From assembly GCF_050920415.1 (NCBI RefSeq), contig NZ_CP169309.1: a stretch of 64,000 nt of DNA; one strand, given 5' to 3'. The stretch is from Escherichia coli (GTDB lineage: Bacteria > Pseudomonadota > Gammaproteobacteria > Enterobacterales > Enterobacteriaceae). This document shows, piece by piece, positions 1 to 11,257 of the stretch (position 1 is its first letter; the number at the start of each line of letters is the position of its first letter). The position numbers and the translations under genes were made by a program. The notes beneath the pieces were generated by a model that saw nothing but the letters and a program-made list of their open reading frames with translations, had not been told where the DNA came from and searched no databases.

Positions 1-1
1 T

Positions 2-850
2 CGATATCTGAAAATACAGGACACACGACTGAAAAATGGGGATATTGCAGCTACAACCCACAAAGAAAAAGCGCGAATGGCTGCATACCTGGTTTCCCGT
101 CTGGGAAACCACCCATTGAAAGAACTGGAAGTAAGAGACTTTGCATTAATACTGGACGAGTGGATGGATAAAGACATGGTCAGCACAGCGAGGGTAAATC
201 GCGGATTATGGGTTGATATTTATAAAGAAGCACAGCATGCAGGGGAAGTTCCTCCTGGATGGAATCCTCCGGAGGCTACCCGTAAACCGATCCCTAAAGT
301 AACCAGATCCAGACTTACCCTGGAAGACTGGCAAAAAATTTACAATGCAACACCAGAAAAACACTTTATCCGTAACGCAATGCTTCTTGCGATTGTCACT
401 GGTCAGCGCCGTGATGACATTTGCCATATGCGTTTTTCAGATGTGTGGAACGAACACTTGCATATCACCCAGGGAAAAACCGGAATGCGTCTGGCGTTAC
501 CGCTTACACTACGCTGTGATGCCATTGGTATAACGTTAAAAGAAGTTATTGATGGATGCCGAGACAGAATATTAAGTCCATATCTAATCCATAGTCGGCA
601 CCAGAAACAACCAAAGCCGATGAGTAAAGACAACCTGAGCGACTACTTTGCCAAAGCACGGGATCTGGCTGGGATAATTCCACCAGCAGGAAAAACCCCG
701 CCAACATTCCATGAACAACGCTCTCTATCAGAACGGCTGTACCGTGCACAAGGTATCGATACAAAAACATTACTGGGACATAAAGTCCAGGCAACTACCG
801 ATCGCTATAACGATACTCGAGGTCAGGAATGGGTTAAGTTGGTTGTTTGA
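2..850 (+). CDS. int: Tyrosine integrase, lambda Int family (C-terminal catalytic portion; 5' end outside window)
   Basis: Frame is open from the window edge to TGA at 848-850; sequence aligns with the lambda Int C-terminal domain (VTGQRxxD, HExRSLSxRLY, LLGH, Y..D.RG.EW motifs including catalytic Arg and Tyr). Confidence 0.9.
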   Translation, partial: RYLKIQDTRLKNGDIAATTHKEKARMAAYLVSRLGNHPLKELEVRDFALILDEWMDKDMVSTARVNRGLWVDIYKEAQHAGEVPPGWNPPEATRKPIPKVTRSRLTLEDWQKIYNATPEKHFIRNAMLLAIVTGQRRDDICHMRFSDVWNEHLHITQGKTGMRLALPLTLRCDAIGITLKEVIDGCRDRILSPYLIHSRHQKQPKPMSKDNLSDYFAKARDLAGIIPPAGKTPPTFHEQRSLSERLYRAQGIDTKTLLGHKVQATTDRYNDTRGQEWVKLVV

Positions 851-938
851 CAAAAATAACCATCCGGGATTATAGTCTGCGCACGCCAGCAAAATCTGGC
901 GTCGGGATTGGCGTCCCGGATAACATCACAACGCATAG

Positions 939-957
939 CCGCGTTTGCGGTTTTTTT
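939..957 (+). terminator. Putative weak intrinsic terminator downstream of int (4-bp GC stem, 7-T run)
   Basis: ccgc-gttt-gcgg followed by ttttttt about 90 nt after the int stop; stem is short so strength is uncertain. Confidence 0.3.
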
Positions 958-1056
958 GCGTTAAGCATTGCCACATTCGCATTATGGTGGGGCGTGCAGG
1001 GGCGGAGAAATCCGCGCCGGGTTTTGTGATGACCGGTTACGCCAACCCTGTACGTC

Positions 1057-1107
1057 TCACCACCTCCCTGATTGGCGTCAGAGGTGGTGATCATCCAATT
1101 AATTGGA
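1057..1107. promoter_or_regulatory. Operator-like symmetric elements upstream of rha: 10-bp inverted repeat with 14-bp spacer plus a 12-bp perfect palindrome overlapping the rha ribosome-binding site
   Basis: TCACCACCTC (1057-1066) and GAGGTGGTGA (1081-1090) are exact reverse complements; CCAATTAATTGG (1095-1106) is a perfect palindrome, with GGAG at 1105-1108. Confidence 0.35.
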
Positions 1108-1117
1108 GTCATCACAT

Positions 1118-1675
1118 ATGAATACAGCTATAACTTTTCCTAACGAGTCACCAAAAGTCTTTTTCAAAGATGGTCGCTTGGTTACCACCTCTCAAGCTGT
1201 TGCCGACTACTTCGATAAACAACATAAACACGTTTTAGCTAAGATTGACGCACTCGACTGCTCGCCCGAATTTACATCAGCCAACTTTTCGTCCGATGTT
1301 CAGACTGTCGAAATTGGCAACGGCGCAGAACGTGAATCACGATGCTACCTGATCACAAAAGACGGCTTCATGTTCCTCGTAATGGGATTTACTGGCAAAA
1401 AAGCAGCCAGACTAAAAGAAGCTTACATTGCAAAATTTAACGCAATGGAGGAAGAACTCCACAAACGCCCACCAGCAGCGCAGCAAACCTCGTCAGAAGA
1501 TGTCGGTTGCTCGTTGTTAATCCATTTCAATAACCACGGTCAGGTTGAGTTTACGGAAAAAGTCCCAGCCGACGCAATGGTGTGCACCCTCGAGCGTTTT
1601 AAGTTTTATCTGGAACAGCAAGGCTGGATAGTTGCCCGTAAGGAGCAACTGTTGGAAAGGTTAATGTCGCTTTAG
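1118..1675 (+). CDS. rha: Rha-family phage regulatory protein (antirepressor-like)
   Basis: 185-aa product with an N-terminal Rha/pRha-like domain (DGRLVTTSQAVADYF..KxHKHVL..I, KDGFMFLVMGFTGKKA); ATG at 1118 has GGAG 9 nt upstream; the ORF-track start at 1103 is TTG. Confidence 0.8.
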   Translation: MNTAITFPNESPKVFFKDGRLVTTSQAVADYFDKQHKHVLAKIDALDCSPEFTSANFSSDVQTVEIGNGAERESRCYLITKDGFMFLVMGFTGKKAARLKEAYIAKFNAMEEELHKRPPAAQQTSSEDVGCSLLIHFNNHGQVEFTEKVPADAMVCTLERFKFYLEQQGWIVARKEQLLERLMSL

Positions 1676-1682
1676 CTAATGC

Positions 1683-1706
1683 AAAAACCCCGGCATAGCC
1701 GGGGTT
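1683..1706 (-). terminator. Intrinsic terminator between convergent rha and the cargo operon (T-run on minus strand)
   Basis: ccccggc-ata-gccgggg hairpin at 1688-1704; A5 on the plus strand gives a U-run after the stem on the minus-strand transcript. Confidence 0.6.
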
Positions 1707-1711
1707 GGGAA

Positions 1712-2209
1712 TTATTTCAGGACAAGCGCATTCAGCGCCTCGATCACCTTTCCAAGATAACTGCCAAAAAGCCACCAGGTTACACCAGCACAGAATGAAA
1801 TCACCGCCAGACTCACGCCGATATAAACCTTTGCTTTCCTAATGGTATCATCTATGTCATCGAGTTTTTCGAGCTTTTTGTCTATTTGAGCTAACTCAGA
1901 CAATTTATGGGAATGCTCAGCAAGTGTCTTATTGATACTGTCCAGTGAGGACATTTTTTGCTCGATACCGGATAACGTTGTTTCCATACGAGTAACTGCG
2001 CATGCGAGAGACGCGTCATTTTTGACATCAGACAGGTGATTGTATACCTGATCAATTCTCTCATTCATACGCCTGTTATCCTCTTTCAGTTCATTGAAAG
2101 AATGGACGATCCATTGATGCTGTGAATGCCTTGACTCACCACCACCAGTAACTTGCGCATCTATATCCGGTGTGCGTTGGTCGCCACTATACGAAGATTC
2201 TCTCCCCAT
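1712..2209 (-). CDS. Hypothetical protein, 165 aa: predicted coiled-coil N-terminal region with a single C-terminal transmembrane helix (tail-anchored topology); function unknown
   Basis: ORF with ATG at 2209 preceded by AAGGGG 8 nt upstream and 2 nt after the upstream gene's stop; heptad-like charged region (KLSELAQIDKKLEKLDDIDDTIRKAK) then hydrophobic stretch VYIGVSLAVISFCAGVTWWLFGSYL; the longer ORF-track start at 2242 is TTG. Confidence 0.6.
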   Translation of the reverse strand: MGRESSYSGDQRTPDIDAQVTGGGESRHSQHQWIVHSFNELKEDNRRMNERIDQVYNHLSDVKNDASLACAVTRMETTLSGIEQKMSSLDSINKTLAEHSHKLSELAQIDKKLEKLDDIDDTIRKAKVYIGVSLAVISFCAGVTWWLFGSYLGKVIEALNALVLK

Positions 2210-2211
2210 AA

Positions 2212-2490
2212 TTATAGCCCCTTTGCACGCAACCACTCCCAAAGCGGCATTTTATGCCTTCCGTAATAAGAACTAACAGGGAGGATGATATATGAGTTCA
2301 AATTTTGTTCATCATTTCCACCATCCAGAACATTAAATAACTCCTGGGCAGTGGCGAGCTGGCTTTCGACGAACCAAAGGCAATCATCAACGTTCATGTG
2401 TTGCTCGGGGAATTTTTCTGCAACGACTTCCCTCATCAGCGCCCTGGTGTCATTATTTTCACTGGTTACTACGATAGCGAATATAGACAT
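2212..2490 (-). CDS. Hypothetical small acidic protein, 92 aa; first gene of the two-gene cargo operon; function unknown
   Basis: ATG at 2490 with AAAGGA upstream; appears translationally coupled to the downstream gene; no family recognised. Confidence 0.55.
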   Translation of the reverse strand: MSIFAIVVTSENNDTRALMREVVAEKFPEQHMNVDDCLWFVESQLATAQELFNVLDGGNDEQNLNSYIILPVSSYYGRHKMPLWEWLRAKGL

Positions 2491-2620
2491 GGGTGTGAGT
2501 CCTTTACGATAGTGCTCAAAAACAGTTCTGCAATAGAAATGTAAATCTGAGAAAACTGTCAGGTAAACCTAATGTTTAGCTATCTTATGTAGTTGACTTG
2601 AGCAAAACAAGAGAAAACAT
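2491..2620 (-). promoter_or_regulatory. Putative promoter region for the cargo operon
   Basis: AT-rich region upstream of the 2490 start; candidate sigma70-like hexamers on the minus strand (TTGCAG, 16 bp, TATCGT; TTTACC, 17 bp, TTACAT); none is a strong consensus match. Confidence 0.25.
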
Positions 2621-2739
2621 CACGAGACAGCAAATTTTGCAAACGAGCACAAAATATAAAAAGCTCCATCTATCAACAAAAGCTCGTCCGCAAACCAAGA
2701 AAAAATGTTGTAAAATGCGCAGCCTGTTTTGGGGAAAAG

Positions 2740-2759
2740 TTTTGGAGAGATTTTGGAGA
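2740..2759 (+). repeat. Direct repeat TTTTGGAGA x2 at 11-bp periodicity in an A-tract-rich segment next to the prophage-host junction
   Basis: Copies at 2740-2748 and 2751-2759. Confidence 0.5.
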
Positions 2760-2796
2760 AAGGAAAAAATTGAATAAATTCAAAATCCTGAAAGTG

Positions 2797-2832
2797 TCCC
2801 GCCTTATGAATAAGAAGGTGGAACTCGAATGA
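2797..2832 (+). other. potB: potB 3'-terminal remnant (about the last 11 codons, SRLMNKKVELE-stop) and probable prophage-chromosome junction (att core vicinity)
   Basis: Frame ending TGA at 2830-2832 in ATGA overlap with potC; C-terminal peptide resembles the PotB C-terminus as recalled; the same frame upstream is lysine-rich, unlike a permease, and stops at 2599-2601. Confidence 0.45.
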
Positions 2833-3623
2833 TCGGTCGACTGCTTCGCGGCGGTTTTATGACCGCTATCTACGCGTACCTGTATATCCCAATCATTATT
2901 TTGATTGTGAACTCTTTCAACAGCTCGCGCTTTGGCATCAACTGGCAGGGTTTTACCACCAAATGGTATAGCCTGCTGATGAACAACGACAGTCTGTTGC
3001 AGGCAGCTCAGCATTCACTGACGATGGCGGTGTTTTCGGCGACGTTTGCTACGCTTATCGGTTCACTGACGGCAGTTGCGTTGTACCGTTATCGCTTTCG
3101 TGGTAAGCCGTTCGTTAGCGGAATGCTGTTTGTGGTGATGATGTCGCCAGATATTGTGATGGCGATTTCTCTGCTGGTGCTGTTTATGCTGCTGGGTATT
3201 CAGCTTGGCTTCTGGTCGCTGCTGTTCTCGCATATCACCTTCTGCCTGCCGTTTGTGGTGGTGACGGTGTATTCGCGCCTGAAAGGTTTTGACGTGCGAA
3301 TGCTGGAAGCGGCGAAAGATCTCGGTGCCAGCGAATTTACCATTCTGCGAAAAATCATTCTGCCACTGGCAATGCCAGCGGTAGCGGCGGGCTGGGTGTT
3401 AAGCTTTACCCTGTCGATGGACGACGTGGTGGTTTCTTCGTTTGTCACCGGGCCGAGTTATGAAATTCTGCCGTTAAAAATTTATTCGATGGTCAAAGTC
3501 GGCGTATCGCCGGAAGTTAACGCGCTGGCAACCATATTACTGGTGCTGTCGCTGGTGATGGTAATTGCCAGCCAGCTTATTGCTCGTGATAAAACGAAAG
3601 GTAACACAGGGGACGTTAAATGA
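2829..3623 (+). CDS. potC: Spermidine/putrescine ABC transporter permease PotC
   Basis: 264-aa polytopic permease matching PotC; ATGA overlap with the potD start. Confidence 0.95.
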   Translation: MIGRLLRGGFMTAIYAYLYIPIIILIVNSFNSSRFGINWQGFTTKWYSLLMNNDSLLQAAQHSLTMAVFSATFATLIGSLTAVALYRYRFRGKPFVSGMLFVVMMSPDIVMAISLLVLFMLLGIQLGFWSLLFSHITFCLPFVVVTVYSRLKGFDVRMLEAAKDLGASEFTILRKIILPLAMPAVAAGWVLSFTLSMDDVVVSSFVTGPSYEILPLKIYSMVKVGVSPEVNALATILLVLSLVMVIASQLIARDKTKGNTGDVK

Positions 3624-4666
3624 AAAAATGGTCACGCCACCTGCTCGCGGCGGGTGCTCTGGCACTGGGCATGAGCGCCGCTCACGCCGATGACAACAAC
3701 ACGCTGTATTTCTACAACTGGACCGAGTACGTGCCGCCAGGACTGCTTGAACAGTTCACCAAAGAAACCGGTATTAAGGTTATCTATTCGACTTACGAGT
3801 CGAACGAAACCATGTACGCGAAGCTGAAAACGTACAAAGACGGTGCCTATGACCTGGTGGTTCCTTCAACCTATTACGTCGATAAAATGCGTAAAGAAGG
3901 GATGATCCAGAAGATCGACAAGTCGAAGTTAAGCAATTTCAGCAACCTCGATCCAGACATGCTCAACAAGCCGTTTGACCCGAATAACGACTATTCCATT
4001 CCGTATATCTGGGGTGCGACGGCGATTGGCGTTAACGGTGATGCGGTGGATCCGAAATCTGTCACCAGCTGGGCCGATCTGTGGAAACCTGAGTACAAAG
4101 GCAGCCTGCTGCTGACCGACGATGCCCGTGAAGTGTTCCAGATGGCGCTGCGCAAACTGGGCTACTCCGGTAACACCACCGATCCGAAAGAGATTGAAGC
4201 TGCGTATAACGAGCTGAAAAAACTGATGCCAAACGTAGCGGCGTTTAACTCCGATAACCCAGCTAACCCGTACATGGAAGGCGAAGTTAACCTCGGCATG
4301 ATCTGGAACGGTTCCGCTTTCGTTGCACGCCAGGCGGGTACGCCAATTGACGTGGTATGGCCGAAAGAAGGCGGCATTTTCTGGATGGACAGCCTGGCGA
4401 TCCCGGCAAATGCCAAAAACAAAGAGGGCGCGCTGAAATTGATCAACTTCCTGCTGCGCCCGGATGTGGCAAAACAGGTTGCTGAAACTATCGGTTATCC
4501 AACGCCAAACCTCGCCGCGCGTAAGCTGTTAAGCCCGGAAATAGCGGACGACAAGACGCTCTACCCGGATGCTGAAACCATTAAAAATGGCGAATGGCAG
4601 AATGACGTTGGCGCAGCCAGCAGCATTTATGAAGAGTATTATCAGAAGCTGAAAGCAGGACGTTAA
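3620..4666 (+). CDS. potD: Spermidine/putrescine ABC transporter periplasmic binding protein PotD
   Basis: 348-aa product with signal peptide; matches PotD. Confidence 0.95.
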   Translation: MKKWSRHLLAAGALALGMSAAHADDNNTLYFYNWTEYVPPGLLEQFTKETGIKVIYSTYESNETMYAKLKTYKDGAYDLVVPSTYYVDKMRKEGMIQKIDKSKLSNFSNLDPDMLNKPFDPNNDYSIPYIWGATAIGVNGDAVDPKSVTSWADLWKPEYKGSLLLTDDAREVFQMALRKLGYSGNTTDPKEIEAAYNELKKLMPNVAAFNSDNPANPYMEGEVNLGMIWNGSAFVARQAGTPIDVVWPKEGGIFWMDSLAIPANAKNKEGALKLINFLLRPDVAKQVAETIGYPTPNLAARKLLSPEIADDKTLYPDAETIKNGEWQNDVGAASSIYEEYYQKLKAGR

Positions 4667-4674
4667 TTCAGCAA

Positions 4675-4704
4675 GCGGGCGGTGGTATTACCGCCCGTTT
4701 TTTC
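4675..4704 (+). terminator. Intrinsic terminator after potD
   Basis: gcgggcgg...ccgcccg hairpin followed by a T6 run. Confidence 0.7.
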
Positions 4705-4841
4705 ATTTAGCAAGGATGTGGCTAATGTTGCTGTTATGGACGAGTAAACGCTAAAAGAGGCAGTAAATATGCCAGATGCGGCGTCAACGACTTCTCTGGT
4801 CTACGACACCCGCAAATTCAATTCATTGCGCCCCATCGCAG

Positions 4842-4866
4842 GCCTGATAAGCGTAGCGCATCAGGC
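4842..4866. repeat. REP (repetitive extragenic palindrome) element
   Basis: GCCTGATAAGCGTAGCGCATCAGGC palindrome typical of enterobacterial REP. Confidence 0.7.
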
Positions 4867-4879
4867 AATGCTTCCTGCT

Positions 4880-5701
4880 TTATAAGCCCTTCAGCAACTT
4901 TTCAACAAACTCTGGCACCACCTGGCTTGCCGGGCCGTAATATTTCTCGGCAAATTCATTACCGACCTGACTCGGTTCAAGATTGAGTTCCACAGTGTGC
5001 GCACCATGCAGTTTCGCTTCGTGAACAAATCCAGCCGCCGGATAAACATGCCCGGAAGTACCAATGGCAATGAAAATATCGGCCATCGACAACGCCATAT
5101 AAATTTCATCCATGCCGAGTGGCATTTCGCCAAACCAAACGACGTGCGGGCGCAAGGGTGCCGGGAACTGGCAACAATGGCATTTATCTTCTGGCGTAAC
5201 GTCTCCGGTCCAGTCGAGAATCTGACCACTTTGCGAACAGCGAACTTTCAGCAATTCCCCATGCATATGAATCACATTGGTATTACCTGCGCGTTCGTGC
5301 AGATTGTCGATATTCTGCGTCACCAGCAAAAAGCGATCGCCGAGAGCATCTTGCAGTTTAGCCAGCGCAAGATGCGCGGCGTTAGGCTGAATTTCTGGCT
5401 GCTGCAGCTGTCGACGGCGGGCGTTATAAAACGCTTGTACCAGTTCAGGATCGCGATCGAAACCTTCCGGCGTTGCCACATCTTCAACCCGATGTTCTTC
5501 CCACAGGCCATCTGCGGCGCGAAAGGTACGAATACCTGATTCCGCAGAAATACCTGCCCCAGTCAGTACGAGTACTCTTGGTTTTTCCATTGCTTCCGGC
5601 ACCACTTTATCTCTGAAAAAAATACGCTGACGCAAACGCTCGCGCAGGCGGCGTTTATTTTTACGAAAACGACTTAACCGATGACCCCGACGCGACAGCA
5701 T
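4880..5701 (-). CDS. cobB: NAD-dependent protein deacylase CobB (sirtuin), long isoform with Arg-rich N-terminal extension
   Basis: 273-aa product; [10 protein letters not shown] and sirtuin Zn-binding Cys motifs; ends KGL-stop. Confidence 0.93.
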   Translation of the reverse strand: MLSRRGHRLSRFRKNKRRLRERLRQRIFFRDKVVPEAMEKPRVLVLTGAGISAESGIRTFRAADGLWEEHRVEDVATPEGFDRDPELVQAFYNARRRQLQQPEIQPNAAHLALAKLQDALGDRFLLVTQNIDNLHERAGNTNVIHMHGELLKVRCSQSGQILDWTGDVTPEDKCHCCQFPAPLRPHVVWFGEMPLGMDEIYMALSMADIFIAIGTSGHVYPAAGFVHEAKLHGAHTVELNLEPSQVGNEFAEKYYGPASQVVPEFVEKLLKGL

Positions 5702-5716
5702 AGCAACCTCTGTTGT

Positions 5717-6628
5717 TTAATCGGTTAGATGTAGGAAAGCCGCACCACGCATTCCTCCCGCATCACCGTGGCGCGCGCGTTCAATGCGCGGAACACGAGC
5801 TACAGGTAAGAGATGACGAGGCAGCCTGTCCGCCAGTTGCGTTGTGATTGCCGGGAAATTCGATAAGCCACCACCAATGACGACCAGGTCAGGGTCAACA
5901 ATGGTCAGGATATTTCCCAGACAAACCGCTAATAAATCCAGATAACGCTCAACGTGCGCCCTTGCCTGCTCATCGCCTTGATCATAAAGCGCAATAATTT
6001 CGGGAGCCTGCAACGGTTGATGATAATAGTGTTGATACAGCCACGCAAAACCGCGACCAGACAGATAATTTTCAATGCAGCCATGCTGACCACAGCCGCA
6101 GCGGCGTAATGGGAAATCCAGCCCCATCATGGTTAACGCATCAACCGGCAGACGCATATGGCCAAACTCGCCGGTAATATAGCTTTTACCGGTAATTGGT
6201 TTACCGTTGAAAATCAGCCCGCCGCCAACGCCGGTGCCGAGAATCAACCCCATCACCAGTGGATATTGAGTAAATTCATCATCCCAGGCTTCTGAAAGGG
6301 CAAAACAGTTGGCATCGTTATCAAGGCGGACATCGCGATCAAGACGTACGCTCAGGTCGGCACGCAGCGATTTACCGCTGGCAGCGGGGACATTGGCGGC
6401 ATACAGCGTACCATCTTCTGTTTCCGGCATTCCCGGAATACCGATGCCTACAGAACCTTTACAGCCAAAACGCTTATCGGCTTCAGCCACCAGCTCGCAC
6501 ACTGCATCTAAAAATGCGTCATAGCTGTCACGCGGTGTCGGCACCCGCTTTTCCCACTGCAACTGCCGACCGCTATCAAACACGCCAAGCGCAATTTTTG
6601 TTCCACCAATATCAAACCCGTAATACAT
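5717..6628 (-). CDS. nagK: N-acetyl-D-glucosamine kinase
   Basis: 303-aa ROK-family kinase starting [11 protein letters not shown]; ATG at 6628 with AAGGAG upstream; ORF-track start is an upstream extension. Confidence 0.93.
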   Translation of the reverse strand: MYYGFDIGGTKIALGVFDSGRQLQWEKRVPTPRDSYDAFLDAVCELVAEADKRFGCKGSVGIGIPGMPETEDGTLYAANVPAASGKSLRADLSVRLDRDVRLDNDANCFALSEAWDDEFTQYPLVMGLILGTGVGGGLIFNGKPITGKSYITGEFGHMRLPVDALTMMGLDFPLRRCGCGQHGCIENYLSGRGFAWLYQHYYHQPLQAPEIIALYDQGDEQARAHVERYLDLLAVCLGNILTIVDPDLVVIGGGLSNFPAITTQLADRLPRHLLPVARVPRIERARHGDAGGMRGAAFLHLTD

Positions 6629-6656
6629 TGCCGCTCCTTGTTTTAATGTACTGCCT

Positions 6657-9914
<3,258 letters not shown>

Positions 9915-10056
9915 CTAAATTGCCATGTTTTATCATCAATCTTGCCGCCTGATCTTAATCTGAAAAATCATCCAATACAGACAGATACCCATTACACCTC
10001 GGGTCATAACCCGCAGGATCAACCGCATGTAAATTAAAAAAGAGCGTGTTGTCCTG

Positions 10057-11130
10057 ATGAAACAAAAAGAGCTATGGATTAACCAGATCAAAGGGTTATG
10101 TATTTGTCTGGTGGTGATTTATCACTCGGTCATTACCTTTTATCCGCATCTGACCACTTTTCAGCATCCGTTATCGGAAGTCCTGAGCAAATGCTGGATC
10201 TATTTCAATCTTTACCTTGCCCCCTTTCGTATGCCGGTTTTTTTCTTTATTTCCGGCTATTTGATTCGCCGCTATATCGACAGCGTACCCTGGGGAAATT
10301 GTCTCGATAAACGGATCTGGAACATCTTCTGGGTGCTGGCGCTTTGGGGCGTAGTGCAGTGGCTGGCGATAAGTGCACTAAATCAGTGGCTGGCACCTGA
10401 GCGCAATTTAAGTAATGCCTCCAATGCCGCTTATGCCGATTCTACCGGTGAGTTCCTGCACGGGATGATCACCGCCAGCACCAGCTTGTGGTATCTGTAT
10501 GCTTTAATTGTCTATTTCGTGATATGTAAAATTTTTAACCGCCTGGCCCTGCCGTTATTTGTTCTGTTTGTACTGATGAGTGTGGCGGTTAATTTCGTAC
10601 CCACACCGTGGTGGGGAATGAACAGTGTGATCCGCAATTTGCCTTATTACAGCCTTGGCGCATGGTTTGGCGCAACATTAATGACCTGTGTTAAAGCGGT
10701 GCCGTTGCGCCGCCATCTGCTGATGGCTTCTTTGCTGGCTGTTCTGGCGGTCGGTGCCTGGTTGTTTACTATCTCGCTGCTGTTGTCGCTGGTATCGATT
10801 GTGGTGATCATGAAACTGTTTTATCAGTACGAGCAACGTTTCGGTATGCGCCCCACCAGCCTGCTGAATGTGATTGGCTCCAACACCATTGCTATCTACA
10901 CCACCCATCGCATTCTGGTTGAAATATTCAGCTTAAGCCTGATTCCACAAATGAACGCGGCACGCTGGTCGCCGCAAGTCGAACTGACGCTCCTGCTGGT
11001 TTACCCCTTTGTCAGTTTGTTGATTTGTACTGTTGCGGGCTTGCTGGTAAGAAAACTTTCACAGCGCGCATTCAGCGATCTGTTGTTCTCCCCGCCTTCT
11101 CTGCCCGCTGCCGTCAGTTACTCCCGCTAA
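10057..11130 (+). CDS. ycfT: Inner-membrane acyltransferase-family protein YcfT
   Basis: 357-aa polytopic membrane protein in the conserved position between lolC and mfd. Confidence 0.9.
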   Translation: MKQKELWINQIKGLCICLVVIYHSVITFYPHLTTFQHPLSEVLSKCWIYFNLYLAPFRMPVFFFISGYLIRRYIDSVPWGNCLDKRIWNIFWVLALWGVVQWLAISALNQWLAPERNLSNASNAAYADSTGEFLHGMITASTSLWYLYALIVYFVICKIFNRLALPLFVLFVLMSVAVNFVPTPWWGMNSVIRNLPYYSLGAWFGATLMTCVKAVPLRRHLLMASLLAVLAVGAWLFTISLLLSLVSIVVIMKLFYQYEQRFGMRPTSLLNVIGSNTIAIYTTHRILVEIFSLSLIPQMNAARWSPQVELTLLLVYPFVSLLICTVAGLLVRKLSQRAFSDLLFSPPSLPAAVSYSR

Positions 11131-11257
11131 GCCATCGCCCCAGCCGGGGCGATTCAATTTGCTAAACCATGTCGATTACGGATAATGAACAGCATTGCTT
11201 ATCAGAGATATGCCCCCATATGTTGAGGCATATCCTAACGAGAATCTGACAACCGTT

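Larger units (their letters stand above)
1..2800. mobile_element. Terminal segment of an integrated lambdoid prophage or integrative element (int, rha, cargo operon); continues beyond the left window edge
   Basis: Lambda-type integrase plus Rha-family phage regulator plus orphan genes, immediately upstream of potC where K-12 has potB (map recalled from memory); no PotB-like ORF in any frame upstream of 2797. Confidence 0.75.

Noticed and set aside
851-960. att core placed about 90 bp downstream of the int stop, as in lambda
   Set aside because: No host-like sequence resumes there; phage-type genes (rha, cargo operon) continue and potB-like codons only resume at about 2797. A composite or tandem element remains possible and is noted in the findings.
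847-1115. ORFs 847..1029 (+, 60 aa) and 870..1115 (-, 81 aa) in the int-rha gap
   Set aside because: Non-ATG starts, no ribosome-binding sites, overlap hairpin-rich non-coding DNA; probably not genes.
2673-3014. ORF 2673..3014 (-, 113 aa) spanning the prophage junction and the potC start
   Set aside because: Antisense to the well-supported potC start; the upstream part covers the A-tract repeat region; no SD.
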